Source of the DNA: Bugula neritina
Taxonomy: Eukaryota; Animalia; Bryozoa
Direction of reading: 5' to 3'
DNA length: 64,000 nt
NCBI GenBank assembly: GCA_964035545.1
Contig: OZ037767.1
Location: 6,464,707-6,528,706 of the forward strand
This document shows positions 63,115 through 64,000 of this stretch, piece after piece. The notes under the pieces are model-generated. The model saw only the letters and a program-made list of their open reading frames with translations. It was not told the DNA's origin and made no database searches. Both the position numbers and the translations under genes were made by a program. Positions within the stretch are counted from its first letter, which is position 1. Each line of letters begins with the position of its first letter.

Positions 63115-64000
63115 ACTTGGCTCAATGGGAAACTATCAGTTTGTTGCTGTAAAAGAACAATATTTTATCAAAATTGAAAGAAATGAATTTTATTGCTATT
63201 ATATTATTAATTCCTTTTAATCAAAAGTCACCAATGTTTATTGCATAGCTATTTGTATATTATAGCTAAATTTAATTGTATTTGCATATCTCTATACAAC
63301 TTTCCAATTTAATTGCAAGACAGATTATTTGTTTTTTTAAAGCACTGAGTTACATAAAAATAGTTAAGCGGTTTTTTATTCAACTAGGTTATGAACTGAA
63401 AAACACATAATTGAATGTTATATTTATTGCTTTAACTTTTAAGCTTTCAAAAATGTTGCTAAAAAGTTGTTTCATTGTAAGCTTAATGGATGCTTTTTGC
63501 TTTAACTGTTTGCCATTGAAAGCTGCAAGTTTGAGCTAACAACAATATAACCAGTGCTTCAGGAACAAAAGTATAGCCTTGGCAATAAATAATCAACTTT
63601 TGTTAAAAAGGGGCTCAGGATATGCTACAGTTCAGAGTTTACCATTGGAGTATGCAAGAGCTCTTTGTGTTTTTTTTTGGACTTGGGCTATGAGTTTAGT
63701 ACAATGAATAAGGGTGAACTTGGCATTGCTAAAAGTTGAAACTATAAACTAATGCCTTTAAACCTAAAACTTATTAAAATGCAAATATTTGCAAAACAAG
63801 CACACTAAAAACCTAATAGGTCATCAGTTTGATTTTAGTGTATACTATATGCTGTATTGAAGCTAAAATTATTAGTTGCAATAAGAATATTTTGTAATTA
63901 TGATTTACGTTTCAACAAATGTATGCAGGCTGATTGTTGATTGCCAATGGAGCTAACACCAAATTCATACTGTGTAATTTATTAGAATAGGAAAACCAAA

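Overview
AT-rich, intron-rich animal (invertebrate-like) genomic DNA. It holds six spliced host genes: a signal-peptide protein with a divergent pentraxin/LamG-like domain (-, runs off the left edge), HMG20 (-), CLPTM1 (+), an LRRC58-like LRR protein ending in a CaaX box (-), legumain (+) and an NR2E-type nuclear receptor (-). Two young, related, GC-rich Ty3/Gypsy LTR retrotransposons (about 3346-11233 and 22318-29444) sit antisense in host introns; MITEs, SINE-like relics and tandem repeats are scattered. The main candidate novelty is in element 1. Its Pol ORF reads about 528 aa past the usual integrase end into an acidic segment, C2H2 zinc fingers and a leucine zipper, and its LTR carries a palindromic array of about nine TCGG-N4-TCGG motifs just upstream of the TATA box. 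This suggests a retrotransposon encoding its own LTR regulator. Element 2 lacks the acidic and finger segments, has an unrelated tail and only three motifs. The two copies carry complementary defects (RNase H D->N versus a scrambled integrase). All alignments were done by eye, so exon coordinates are approximate.
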